This document shows, piece by piece, positions 55,307-63,493 of a DNA stretch of 64,000 bases. Below the pieces are notes generated by a model. That model was not told the DNA's origin, searched no databases, and saw only the letters and a program-made list of their open reading frames with translations. Made by a program: the position numbers and the translations under genes. The stretch is from an uncultured Staphylococcaceae bacterium (lineage in GTDB: Bacteria; Bacillota_I; Bacilli_A; RFN20; CAG-826). Position 1 is the stretch's first letter; every line of letters begins with the position of its first letter. The DNA lies in contig CAYMRJ010000003.1 in assembly GCA_964392865.1 (NCBI GenBank), positions 24,591 through 88,590 of the forward strand. Direction: 5' to 3'.

Positions 55307-56752
55307 TCACCCCTCCTGGGTTCCGAGAATCTTCTTGTAGAGCGCGACGTATTGCTGGGCGCTCTTCTTCCAGCTGCGGTCGAGGCCGATGGCGTTTTCG
55401 GCCAGCTTGTAATAAAGCGCCTGGTCCTTATAGACGTCGAAGGCTTGATCGAGCGTTCCTTTGACGGCCCCTTCCGAGTAATCGTAGAAGCCGAGGCCGT
55501 TGGCCTTGTCGGCATTGGTTCCGTCATAGCCGATGACGGTATCCTTGAGGCCGCCGGTATAGCGGACGATCGGAAGGCAGCCGTAGCGCTGGGCCACCAT
55601 CTGGCCGATGCCGCAGGGCTCGAAGAGGGAGGGCATCAGGAAGAAGTCGCTTCCGGCATAGACCTTGTGGGAGAGCTCTTCGTTATAGCCGATGTAGATC
55701 CCGACGGTCTGGGGATATTCGCGGCGCAGGGCCTCGAGTCCCTGCTCGAGGCGGCTTTCCCCGGAGCCTAAGCAAACGAAGCTTGCGCCCCTATTGAGGG
55801 CCGTGCGGATCTGGCTAAGGAGGATGTCGATGCCTTTTTGGTAAGTAAGGCGGCTCACGATCCCGTAGACCGGTCCGCCGTAATAGGAAATGTTGAAGGC
55901 CTTGAGGAGATCGGCCTGGTTGGCGTGCCGACCGGCCATCAGGGTCTTCTTATCGTATTTCTTGGCAATATATTTGTCTTTTGCGGGGTTCCAGGTATCG
56001 GTATCGATGCCGTTTAGGATCCCATAGAAGTCGTCTTTGCGGAGATTCAACACCCCATCGAGCCCTTGCGAGCCGACCGGGGTAAGGAGTTCGGCGGCGT
56101 GGTTCGGCGAAACGGTCGTGACGGCCTGGCTATAGATGATGCCGGACTTAAGAGTCGAGACCATTCCTTCGAAACGGACCTTCCCGGTATCGAAGAGCTC
56201 GTCCCTCAATCCATAGAAGTCATTGAGGAAGTAGCGGTCGATGATGCCTTTGAAGGCCGGATTGTGGATGGTGATGACGCATTTGATGCCATCGTAGAAA
56301 TCGTCGAAGCGGGGTCCTTCTTCGAAGAGGCAGGGCATCATGCCGGTCTGCCAATCGTGGACATGGACGATATCGGGCTTGTAGTTGAGGAAACGCAATA
56401 ATTGCTTTCCAGCCAAAGTGAAGAAGGCGAAGCGCTCGCCATCATCGTTATAGCCGTAGATGTTGTCGCGCTGGAAATAGTAGTCGTTGGCGATGAGATA
56501 GGCCGTGAAGCGCTTGTCTTGGTAGCGGAAGACATGGGCTTCTTCCTTGCGCCAGCTCATGTAGACGTCGAACATTCCGATCTTCTCGGACTTCGGGAGG
56601 TAGCGTTCCTTCATGCAGCCGTAGAAAGGAAGGATGACGATCACTTCTTCCCCGAGGCGCCCGAGGGCATCGCTCAAAGCATAGATGACATCGGCCAAGC
56701 CGCCGGTTTTGGCATACCCGGCGCATTCGCTGGCCGCCATGGCGATCTTCAT
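55307..56752 (-). CDS. glgA: glycogen synthase (ADP-glucose type)
   Basis: 481 aa with MKIAMAASECAGYAKTGGLADV. Confidence 0.95.
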   Translation of the reverse strand: MKIAMAASECAGYAKTGGLADVIYALSDALGRLGEEVIVILPFYGCMKERYLPKSEKIGMFDVYMSWRKEEAHVFRYQDKRFTAYLIANDYYFQRDNIYGYNDDGERFAFFTLAGKQLLRFLNYKPDIVHVHDWQTGMMPCLFEEGPRFDDFYDGIKCVITIHNPAFKGIIDRYFLNDFYGLRDELFDTGKVRFEGMVSTLKSGIIYSQAVTTVSPNHAAELLTPVGSQGLDGVLNLRKDDFYGILNGIDTDTWNPAKDKYIAKKYDKKTLMAGRHANQADLLKAFNISYYGGPVYGIVSRLTYQKGIDILLSQIRTALNRGASFVCLGSGESRLEQGLEALRREYPQTVGIYIGYNEELSHKVYAGSDFFLMPSLFEPCGIGQMVAQRYGCLPIVRYTGGLKDTVIGYDGTNADKANGLGFYDYSEGAVKGTLDQAFDVYKDQALYYKLAENAIGLDRSWKKSAQQYVALYKKILGTQEG

Positions 56753-57870
56753 AGGATGGCTCCTTGCTTCAGATAGGCGATTTCGCCGTCATGGCCGACG
56801 ACCTTCTGCTTCCTGGTGACGACGCAGTATTTGTCGACCAAGGCGTTCTTGATGATGACGTCGTTCCCGATGGCCGTATCGCTGAAGACGATGGAGTCTT
56901 CGATGAGGGCGCCCGGGGCGACTTTGACTTCGCGCGAGATGATGCTGTGCTTGACCTTGCCCCTGACGATGCAGCCATTGGCGACGAAGCTATCGGTCAC
57001 TTCGGCTTCTTCGCCATAGAGGGCCGGCGGGGTATCGTGGGTCAAAGTATAGATCGGCCAATCGGGCCTAAAGAGGCTCGAATAGGCTTCGGGCTCGAGG
57101 AGCTCGAAGGAGTACTTGACGTAATGCTCCAAGGAATCGAAGCAGCGGACGTAGCCTTTGTGCTCATGGGCATGGATCTTGAAGGAAGAAGACGCCAGAA
57201 GGTAGGGGAACATTTCCTTGAGGCCGTAAAGGGGGTTCCCGCTTCCATGGCGGTTGATGATCTCGGCCAGTAGCGTCCTATTGATGATCCAAATGGAGAG
57301 GGAGACGTTGGCGTTCTTGCTCTTCCCGTCGTTCTTCCGGCAGGAAATGAGGTAGTTGTCTTCGTCGACTTCGAAGATGTGCTCGTTTAGGCAGGAAGTA
57401 TCGCTATCGGGGATCTTGCTATAGACGACCGTCATCGTTTCCCGGCGGTCGATGTGCTCCTGGATGATGGGGCGCAGGTCGATGTTGGTGACGATATGGG
57501 GATCGACAAAGACCAGATAGGAAGCGTTGCTCGAATAAAGGATCCAGTCGTTTTCCTTGAGGTTATTGATGTCGTGGTTGTAGGGCGGATTCAAAATGCC
57601 CCTTTCGTTGGCGAGGATCTGGGAAAGCCCGGTCTTGGTGTTCCTAAGCCAAGCGGTGTTGTTTCCGAGGTGCTTGAGGATCGAGCGCTGATGGTCTTTG
57701 ACCAAGATGCCGATCGAGCCGATTTCGGAATTGGTAAAGTTGCTCAAAGCGAAATCGATGAAAGCGAAACGCCCGAGGAAGGAAGTGGAGGCCAACGGAC
57801 GGTTGGCGGTAAGCGGCCCGAGATCCGGGCAATTGTGGCAATCGACGAGGCCGATGACGTCGCGGAGCAT
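56749..57870 (-). CDS. glgD: glucose-1-phosphate adenylyltransferase, GlgD subunit
   Basis: 373 aa. It is a GlgC paralogue without the GGxGxRL loop and lies between glgC and glgA, as in Firmicutes. Confidence 0.85.
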   Translation of the reverse strand: MLRDVIGLVDCHNCPDLGPLTANRPLASTSFLGRFAFIDFALSNFTNSEIGSIGILVKDHQRSILKHLGNNTAWLRNTKTGLSQILANERGILNPPYNHDINNLKENDWILYSSNASYLVFVDPHIVTNIDLRPIIQEHIDRRETMTVVYSKIPDSDTSCLNEHIFEVDEDNYLISCRKNDGKSKNANVSLSIWIINRTLLAEIINRHGSGNPLYGLKEMFPYLLASSSFKIHAHEHKGYVRCFDSLEHYVKYSFELLEPEAYSSLFRPDWPIYTLTHDTPPALYGEEAEVTDSFVANGCIVRGKVKHSIISREVKVAPGALIEDSIVFSDTAIGNDVIIKNALVDKYCVVTRKQKVVGHDGEIAYLKQGAIL

Positions 57871-59003
57871 CAGTTCTTCCCCTTTCCGGTATATAAGACG
57901 ATGCCCTCGCGGGCAGCATTGATGGTTTCCTTTTCGGGGACGATCGATTCGGGTCCGAGGATGGCATCGTAGACCTTGGCCCCTTTCTTGATGATGGCCC
58001 CGTTCATGATGACGCTGTTCTGGACCTCGGCCCCTTCGTCGACGTAGGCGGAACCGGAGACGACGCAGCGATCCAATTTCCCGAGGATGATGGCCCCTTG
58101 GTTGACCAAGGAGTTTTTGACCTCGGCTTTCTTCCCGATGTACTGCGGGGCGCTATAGGTATCTTCGCTATAGATGCGGTTGTCGCCTTGGACAGTATAG
58201 AGGTTGGTCGGGCTTTCCTTATTCAAAAGGAGGTCCATGTTGGCCTGGTGGAGGCTATCGACGGTTCCGACGTCGCGCCAGTAGCCGTGGTATGTATAGG
58301 CGATGAGCTTCTTCTTTTCCTCCATCATCGCCGGGATGATGTTCTTCCCGAAATCGTGGGCGCTATCGGCCTTCTTCATGTCGGCGATCAAAGCCGGACG
58401 GAGGCTCTTGTAGTTGAAGATGTAGATGCCCATCGAGGCGAGGTTGCTCTTGGGGTTCTTGGGTTTCTCCTGGAAGTCGGTGATGACCCCGTCCTTATCG
58501 GTGATGATGATCCCGAAGCGGCTGGCCTCCGACTTTTCGACCGGATAGACGGCGATGGTGCAGTCGGCCCCGGTCTTGATGTGACGATTGAGCATCTCGT
58601 TATAGGTGCAGGAATAGATATGGTCCCCGGAAAGGATGAGGACATAGGTCGGATCGATCTTGTCGAGCCAGTCGAGGTTCTGGCTGATGGCGTCGGCCGT
58701 CCCGGCGTACCAGTTGCTGCCCTCCTCGGTCTGTTTAGGGGTCAAGACGGAGACCATGGAGCGGACGCCGTTATAGCCCCACTTCTCTCCGTTCCCGACG
58801 TAGGTGTTGAGGTCGCTGCTTTCGTACTGCGTCAAAACGCCGACGGCATAGATCCCGCTATTGGCGCAGTTGGAGAGGGGAAAGTCGATGATCCGGTATT
58901 TGCCGCCGTAGCTCACGGCGGGCTTGGCCACTTTGCGGGTCAAAGCCTGAAGCCTCGTCCCCTTGCCCCCGGCAAGAATCATGGCCGCGATAGTCGTGCT
59001 CAT
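57870..59003 (-). CDS. glgC: glucose-1-phosphate adenylyltransferase
   Basis: From the ATG at 59003 the protein begins MSTTIAAMILAGGKGTRL. The ORF track starts it at 59054. Confidence 0.93.
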   Translation of the reverse strand: MSTTIAAMILAGGKGTRLQALTRKVAKPAVSYGGKYRIIDFPLSNCANSGIYAVGVLTQYESSDLNTYVGNGEKWGYNGVRSMVSVLTPKQTEEGSNWYAGTADAISQNLDWLDKIDPTYVLILSGDHIYSCTYNEMLNRHIKTGADCTIAVYPVEKSEASRFGIIITDKDGVITDFQEKPKNPKSNLASMGIYIFNYKSLRPALIADMKKADSAHDFGKNIIPAMMEEKKKLIAYTYHGYWRDVGTVDSLHQANMDLLLNKESPTNLYTVQGDNRIYSEDTYSAPQYIGKKAEVKNSLVNQGAIILGKLDRCVVSGSAYVDEGAEVQNSVIMNGAIIKKGAKVYDAILGPESIVPEKETINAAREGIVLYTGKGKN

Positions 59004-59217
59004 TTTTCCAGTGAAATCCCAATGTTCCTTGAAGTTTTCCAAATGATAGCACAAAGGGCCTTTAATTTCTCACTCCCTTCTATAAAAAGAAGGGCCCGTG
59101 CCAGAAGTTCATTGAGAATGCCGCCGTCTCGAAACCAAAAACCCCGCAAAACACCATTCTCCAAATTAGATAACGCATACTTGTTTATACATTGTCCAAA
59201 GTGCGGCCAAAAACCGT

Positions 59218-59246
59218 TTGCGGCCCTCGCGCATGGGTGCTAGAAT
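59218..59246 (+). promoter_or_regulatory. candidate rpmB promoter TTGCGG-N17-TAGAAT (TG-extended)
   Basis: The sequence reads TTGCGGccctcgcgcatgggTGcTAGAAT, about 32 nt upstream of the ATG. Confidence 0.5.
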
Positions 59247-59278
59247 ACGCCCGCTCTAGCAGGAAGCAGGTAGAAATT

Positions 59279-59491
59279 ATGTCAAGGAAATGCCCGATTA
59301 CCGGAAAAGGACCGATGAGCGGCAACAACCGCAGCCACTCCCTTCGGGCCACGCGCCGCAAGTGGAACGTGAATCTTCAGACCTATCACGTCGAGATCAA
59401 CGGCAAGATGGTGGAACTCCGTATGAGCGCGAGGGCTTATCGCTCCCTCAACAAGTCCACCAAGGCGAAAGGCCAAAAGGCAGGGAACTAA
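59279..59491 (+). CDS. rpmB: 50S ribosomal protein L28
   Basis: 70 aa from the ATG at 59279, beginning MSRKCPITGKGPMSGNNRSHSLRATRRKWNVNLQ. Confidence 0.93.
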   Translation: MSRKCPITGKGPMSGNNRSHSLRATRRKWNVNLQTYHVEINGKMVELRMSARAYRSLNKSTKAKGQKAGN

Positions 59492-59514
59492 GTCCCTTAA
59501 AGGAAAAAGAACTG

Positions 59515-59539
59515 GCGGCTCCGGCCGCCTTTCTTTTTG
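59515..59539. terminator. bidirectional intrinsic terminator
   Basis: GGCGGC-tccg-GCCGCC is followed by TTTCTTTTT and preceded by an A-rich run. Confidence 0.75.
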
Positions 59540-59543
59540 CCTA

Positions 59544-60185
59544 TTAGGCAACGCCGAACACGTAAACGATGCTTAGCAATGATCCGAGTCCGATGAGGAA
59601 CGGATATAGCCTTTCGTAGAAAGCCAAGGCTTCGAACTTCGGACGCTTGGCTTCTTTGAGGCCGTCTTCGGAAATGGTGACATCCATATGGAAAGAGTTC
59701 CTTGTTCTTCTATCAAGAAGAGGAACCAAGGACACGAAGGCGAGGACTAGGGAAATGGCCCCGATGAGCGGTCCGACGACCTTGCTGCCATAAAGGGCAT
59801 CGAGAGACATGAAGTAGAAGGATTGGCCGGCGAGGAAGCAGCTTTCGAAGGCGAAGGAAAGCCAGGATAACCGGACATGGGCAACAGGTTTTTCGAAACC
59901 AAAATAGAAAGAAGCGATCATGCAGCAGCCGCTAGCTAGCAATAAGAAAGAAAGGAAAAGCAAAAAGTAGCCGCCGATTCCATAGGCAACGACGGGAACA
60001 AAGACGCTGCAAAGGCCCAAAACGGATAGACCAAGCAAAACGACAGAGCCCCAAACGGGCGCCTCGGTTTCAAAGGGGTAACGGTTGAGAAAGCCGCCCT
60101 TCTTCCCTGCCGGATAGCAGGTAGTGAAAAGGACGAAGGCCGATATGAGCCCGACGATGTAGCAGAAAAGACTATAGATCGACAT
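59544..60185 (-). CDS. integral membrane protein, unknown function
   Basis: 213 aa with about 6 hydrophobic helices. It overlaps the rpe 3' end by 14 nt. Confidence 0.55.
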   Translation of the reverse strand: MSIYSLFCYIVGLISAFVLFTTCYPAGKKGGFLNRYPFETEAPVWGSVVLLGLSVLGLCSVFVPVVAYGIGGYFLLFLSFLLLASGCCMIASFYFGFEKPVAHVRLSWLSFAFESCFLAGQSFYFMSLDALYGSKVVGPLIGAISLVLAFVSLVPLLDRRTRNSFHMDVTISEDGLKEAKRPKFEALAFYERLYPFLIGLGSLLSIVYVFGVA

Positions 60186-60843
60186 TTTGGAGACCCTTTA
60201 CCCGATCGACGAAATCATCGTGCCCGTATAAATAGCTGCCCGCGACCAATATATCGGCCCCGGCCTGTACGCACTTCGGGCCGGTCACGCCATCGATGCC
60301 GCCATCGACTTCGAGAAGGATGTCGCGGCCGCCGATGATCTTCTTCGTTTCTTTTAGTTTCTCGAGGCTTCCCTCGATGAAGGCTTGTCCGCCTTTGCCT
60401 GGTTCAACAGACATGATTAGGAAAAGGGAGATGGGCAAGTCGAGAACCTCAAGGTAGGCCGAGGCGGGGGTATGGGGTTTGATAGAGAGCCCGACCTTGG
60501 CGCCGTTGTCCTTGATGGCTTTGACGGTCCGCTCTAGTTCTTCCCTGTCATGGCATGCTTCGATATGGAAGGTGACGATATCGGCACCGGCTTTAGCATA
60601 AGCCTCACCAAGAACCCAAGGTTCCTCGACCATGATATGGACATCGTAAATTAAATTCTCAATGCCTTTTATTTTTGAAAAATCATCAAGAGAGAATGAA
60701 ACGGCCGGAACGAATTTCCCATCCATCACATCGAAGTGGACGTAAGGGCATCCGGCGTCCCTAGCCAAAACTGCCTCTTCCCTAAGGCGGGCCTTATCGG
60801 CAGCTAATAGCGAGGGAGCGATGATCGGCATCTTCATAATCAT
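60172..60843 (-). CDS. rpe: ribulose-phosphate 3-epimerase
   Basis: 223 aa with APSLLAAD, HFDVMDG and VDGGI motifs. Confidence 0.93.
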   Translation of the reverse strand: MIMKMPIIAPSLLAADKARLREEAVLARDAGCPYVHFDVMDGKFVPAVSFSLDDFSKIKGIENLIYDVHIMVEEPWVLGEAYAKAGADIVTFHIEACHDREELERTVKAIKDNGAKVGLSIKPHTPASAYLEVLDLPISLFLIMSVEPGKGGQAFIEGSLEKLKETKKIIGGRDILLEVDGGIDGVTGPKCVQAGADILVAGSYLYGHDDFVDRVKGLQNVDL

Positions 60844-61718
60844 TTAAAGCCAAATATCCGGCTGAGGAAACCACGCTTGTCCTTGTAGGAGTTCCCTTTC
60901 TTGAGGGCTTCGTCGATGGCTTCATGCATTTCCTGGGCGCTCCGATACCTTTCTTCCGGACGCTTACGCGTAGCCTTCATGACAATGAGGTCGATCGGTT
61001 TCCCGACCAGCTGATTGATGCGGCTGGGTTCCGGAAAATGCTGTTTGACGTGCATCAGAGCCACTTCTTCCGGCGTCGGGGCGTCGAAAGGAACGTTCCC
61101 CGTCAGCAATTCATAGAAAACAATGCCCATCGAGTAGATATCGCTGGCAACGCCGCATTCCTTCCCGAGGATGATTTCCGGAGCGGTGTAATAGATAGTT
61201 CCGCTTACGCCGTCGCCTTTGAGTTTTTCCCCGATCATCGTCGAAATGCCGAAATCGCTGATTTTGATGGAGCCATCAGGCAGATAGAAAAGGTTATCGG
61301 GCTTGATGTCGCGGTGGATTATGCCGTGCTGATGGATGTATTCGACCCCGCTAGTCAGCTGCAGTAGGACCTGACAGGCTTCTTTTGGAAGCAAACAATG
61401 TGTAGTCGAGAAGTTGAGAGCGTCCCTTAATGTCTGCCCTTTTATGTATTCGTTGGCGATATACGGGCGGCCGTCGGCGATGCCTTGGCCGTAGACTTTG
61501 ACGATATTCGGGTTGTCCAAAGAGGCCGCGGCCACGCATTCCCGGCTGAAGCGGGCGACGTTGCTGGGGCTATCCATCATGTCCTCGCGAAGGACCTTGA
61601 GGCTAACGGGGCGATGCGAATAGATATCCAAGGCTTCGTAAACATCGGCCATCCCGCCCCTGGCGATGCGGCTGACGACCTTGTAGCGCCCGTCGATCTT
61701 ATCGCCGATCTTAATCAC
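60840..61718 (-). CDS. prkC: Ser/Thr protein kinase, PrkC-like catalytic domain only
   Basis: I prefer the GTG at 61718 (GGGAGG 6 nt upstream, 8-nt overlap with stp). Kinase motifs are RGGMADVY, VSLKVL, HRDIKPDN, DFG and YTAPE. The protein ends about 20 aa after the kinase core. Confidence 0.85.
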   Translation of the reverse strand: MIKIGDKIDGRYKVVSRIARGGMADVYEALDIYSHRPVSLKVLREDMMDSPSNVARFSRECVAAASLDNPNIVKVYGQGIADGRPYIANEYIKGQTLRDALNFSTTHCLLPKEACQVLLQLTSGVEYIHQHGIIHRDIKPDNLFYLPDGSIKISDFGISTMIGEKLKGDGVSGTIYYTAPEIILGKECGVASDIYSMGIVFYELLTGNVPFDAPTPEEVALMHVKQHFPEPSRINQLVGKPIDLIVMKATRKRPEERYRSAQEMHEAIDEALKKGNSYKDKRGFLSRIFGFK

Positions 61719-62460
61719 GGCCAGCCTCCCAAATGCTGACTCCGACGTTATCGGTGCCGCCGGCATCGCAAGCCAGTTTGCAAAGCATCGATGCTTTTTC
61801 TTCTGTGCTGAGATCCATGGCCATAACGGCCTCGATCTCGCTCTCGCCAAGCGAATTATAAAGTCCGTCCGTGCAGCAGACTAAAGAGTCGACATTGTTC
61901 TTGTATACATTAAAGGTAATCGAAAGCGAAGGATAGATTCCGAGGGCGTTCATGAGGATGTGGCGATCCGGATGAGTTGATGCTTCCTCTTTGCTAATCT
62001 TTCCGGTTCTCAATAAATATGCGACGTAGGTTTGGTCCTCGGTCAATCGCTTTAATTCGCCGTTGGAGTAACTGTAGCACCGGCTATCTCCGACGTTTGC
62101 TACGACGATCTTGCCACTGCTGATCAGGGCCGCGCAGAAAGTCGTCCCCATGCCTTTGTATTCCGGATTGCCTTCGGCGTATTTGTAAACGGCCCTATTG
62201 GCAGCATTGGCAACATGGTTCATCCAGACCTTCGTAGCCAGGGGCAATATGGTCGGAGGCTTCTTCGAAAAGGCCGAAAAAAGGATTTCGCGAGCGAGAT
62301 TGGAAGCATATTCACCTTTGTTGCTCCCGCCCATTCCGTCCAAGACGCCGATGAGGATTTCGTTATGCTTCCCGCGAAGGGCGGCGGCTTGGTCTTCGTT
62401 GACCAGACGGACGCGTCCGATATCGGTCTTGGCGGCTATCGTCCCGCCGAGCGGTTTCAT
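61711..62460 (-). CDS. stp: PP2C-family Ser/Thr phosphatase
   Basis: 249 aa with DIGRVRLVNED, LDGMGG and GGTDNV. Confidence 0.9.
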   Translation of the reverse strand: MKPLGGTIAAKTDIGRVRLVNEDQAAALRGKHNEILIGVLDGMGGSNKGEYASNLAREILFSAFSKKPPTILPLATKVWMNHVANAANRAVYKYAEGNPEYKGMGTTFCAALISSGKIVVANVGDSRCYSYSNGELKRLTEDQTYVAYLLRTGKISKEEASTHPDRHILMNALGIYPSLSITFNVYKNNVDSLVCCTDGLYNSLGESEIEAVMAMDLSTEEKASMLCKLACDAGGTDNVGVSIWEAGRD

Positions 62461-63491
62461 TTCCCCGTCTCCTTGGCGCGGAGCTGGCCGCAGGCGGCGT
62501 CGATGCCGCTGCCGAATTCCTTCCTGACGGTGGCGTTGATCCCGCGTTTCATCAGGGTATCTTTGAAAGCATTGACCCGGCTTTGGGGGCTTCTGACGAA
62601 GGGCTTTTCCTTGACGGCGTTATAAGGGATCAAATTGACGTAACAAAGCGTTCCCTTTAGGAGATTGGCCAATTCCTTGGCATCTTCGATGGAATCGTTC
62701 ACGTCCTTCAGGAGGATGTATTCGAAAGTGACGCGCCTTCCGGTCTGGGCGACATAGTCCTTGATCGCAGCCATCAGCTTATCCAAAGGATAGAACTTGG
62801 CGGCCGGAATGAGTTCGGCCCTCTTTTCCTGGTTGGGGGCGTGGAGGCTGATGGCCAGATTGAACTGGTAGCCTTCCTTCGCGTACTTCTCGATACCGGG
62901 AACCAACCCGACCGTCGAAACGGTCAAATGCCTCGCTCCGATCCCAAGACCCTTTGGGTCATTGAGTATTTTCAAAAACTTCAGGACGTTATCGTAATTG
63001 TCGAAGGGCTCGCCCGTCCCCATGACGACGACGTGGCTGACCCTTTCCCTGGTTTCCTGAAGGATTTGGTTGATGGCCAAAACCTGGGCCACCATCTCCC
63101 CCGCGGTCAGGACCCTTTCCTTCTTCAAAAGCCCTGAAGCGCAGAAAGCACAGCCCATGGAACAGCCGACTTCGCTCGTGACGCAGACGGCGTTGCCGTA
63201 GTCATAGCGCATCAAGACGGTCTCGACTTTGCTGCCGTCACTAAGTTCAAGCAATAGCTTGATTGTCCCGTCCTTGGCTTCCTGCTTCCGGTAGACCTTG
63301 GGCATCTCGATCGGGAAAAGCCCGGGCAGCTCGTCTCTCAAGGCAAGCGAAAGATTGCTCATCTTGGAATAATCGAGGATGCCTTTTTTGTAGATCCAGT
63401 CGTAGAGCTGGTCGCTGACGTAGCGGGAGCGGCCAAGGGCCATTAGCGCCTCCCCTAGCTCTTCTCGACTATACGAGAGCAGGGGCGCCAT
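62457..63491 (-). CDS. rlmN: 23S rRNA/tRNA A2503/A37 C2-methyltransferase RlmN (radical SAM)
   Basis: The start is the ATG at 63491. The CxxxCxxC cluster is GCSMGCAFCASG, and ACGQL lies at the C-terminus. Confidence 0.92.
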   Translation of the reverse strand: MAPLLSYSREELGEALMALGRSRYVSDQLYDWIYKKGILDYSKMSNLSLALRDELPGLFPIEMPKVYRKQEAKDGTIKLLLELSDGSKVETVLMRYDYGNAVCVTSEVGCSMGCAFCASGLLKKERVLTAGEMVAQVLAINQILQETRERVSHVVVMGTGEPFDNYDNVLKFLKILNDPKGLGIGARHLTVSTVGLVPGIEKYAKEGYQFNLAISLHAPNQEKRAELIPAAKFYPLDKLMAAIKDYVAQTGRRVTFEYILLKDVNDSIEDAKELANLLKGTLCYVNLIPYNAVKEKPFVRSPQSRVNAFKDTLMKRGINATVRKEFGSGIDAACGQLRAKETGK

Positions 63492-63493
63492 AT

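Noticed and set aside
55306-55527. N-terminal extensions in the ORF track. Affected genes are leuS (to 55527), fpg (from 18738), ROK (from 24728), pncA (to 33318), rpsD (from 37311), ezrA (to 37285), rlmN (to 63611), prkC (to 61850), glgC (to 59054) and degV (from 29205).
   Set aside because: The extensions overlap the upstream gene or a promoter, and they encode Arg/Pro/Ser-rich sequence unlike the protein family. In each case a downstream start with a conserved family N-terminus is available, usually with an RBS.
59004-59278. 275-nt gap between glgC and rpmB checked for an ncRNA or riboswitch.
   Set aside because: I saw only short, unconvincing inverted repeats. The gap is accounted for by two divergent promoters (TGTGCTATCAT for glgC; TTGCGG-N17-TAGAAT for rpmB) and their short leaders.
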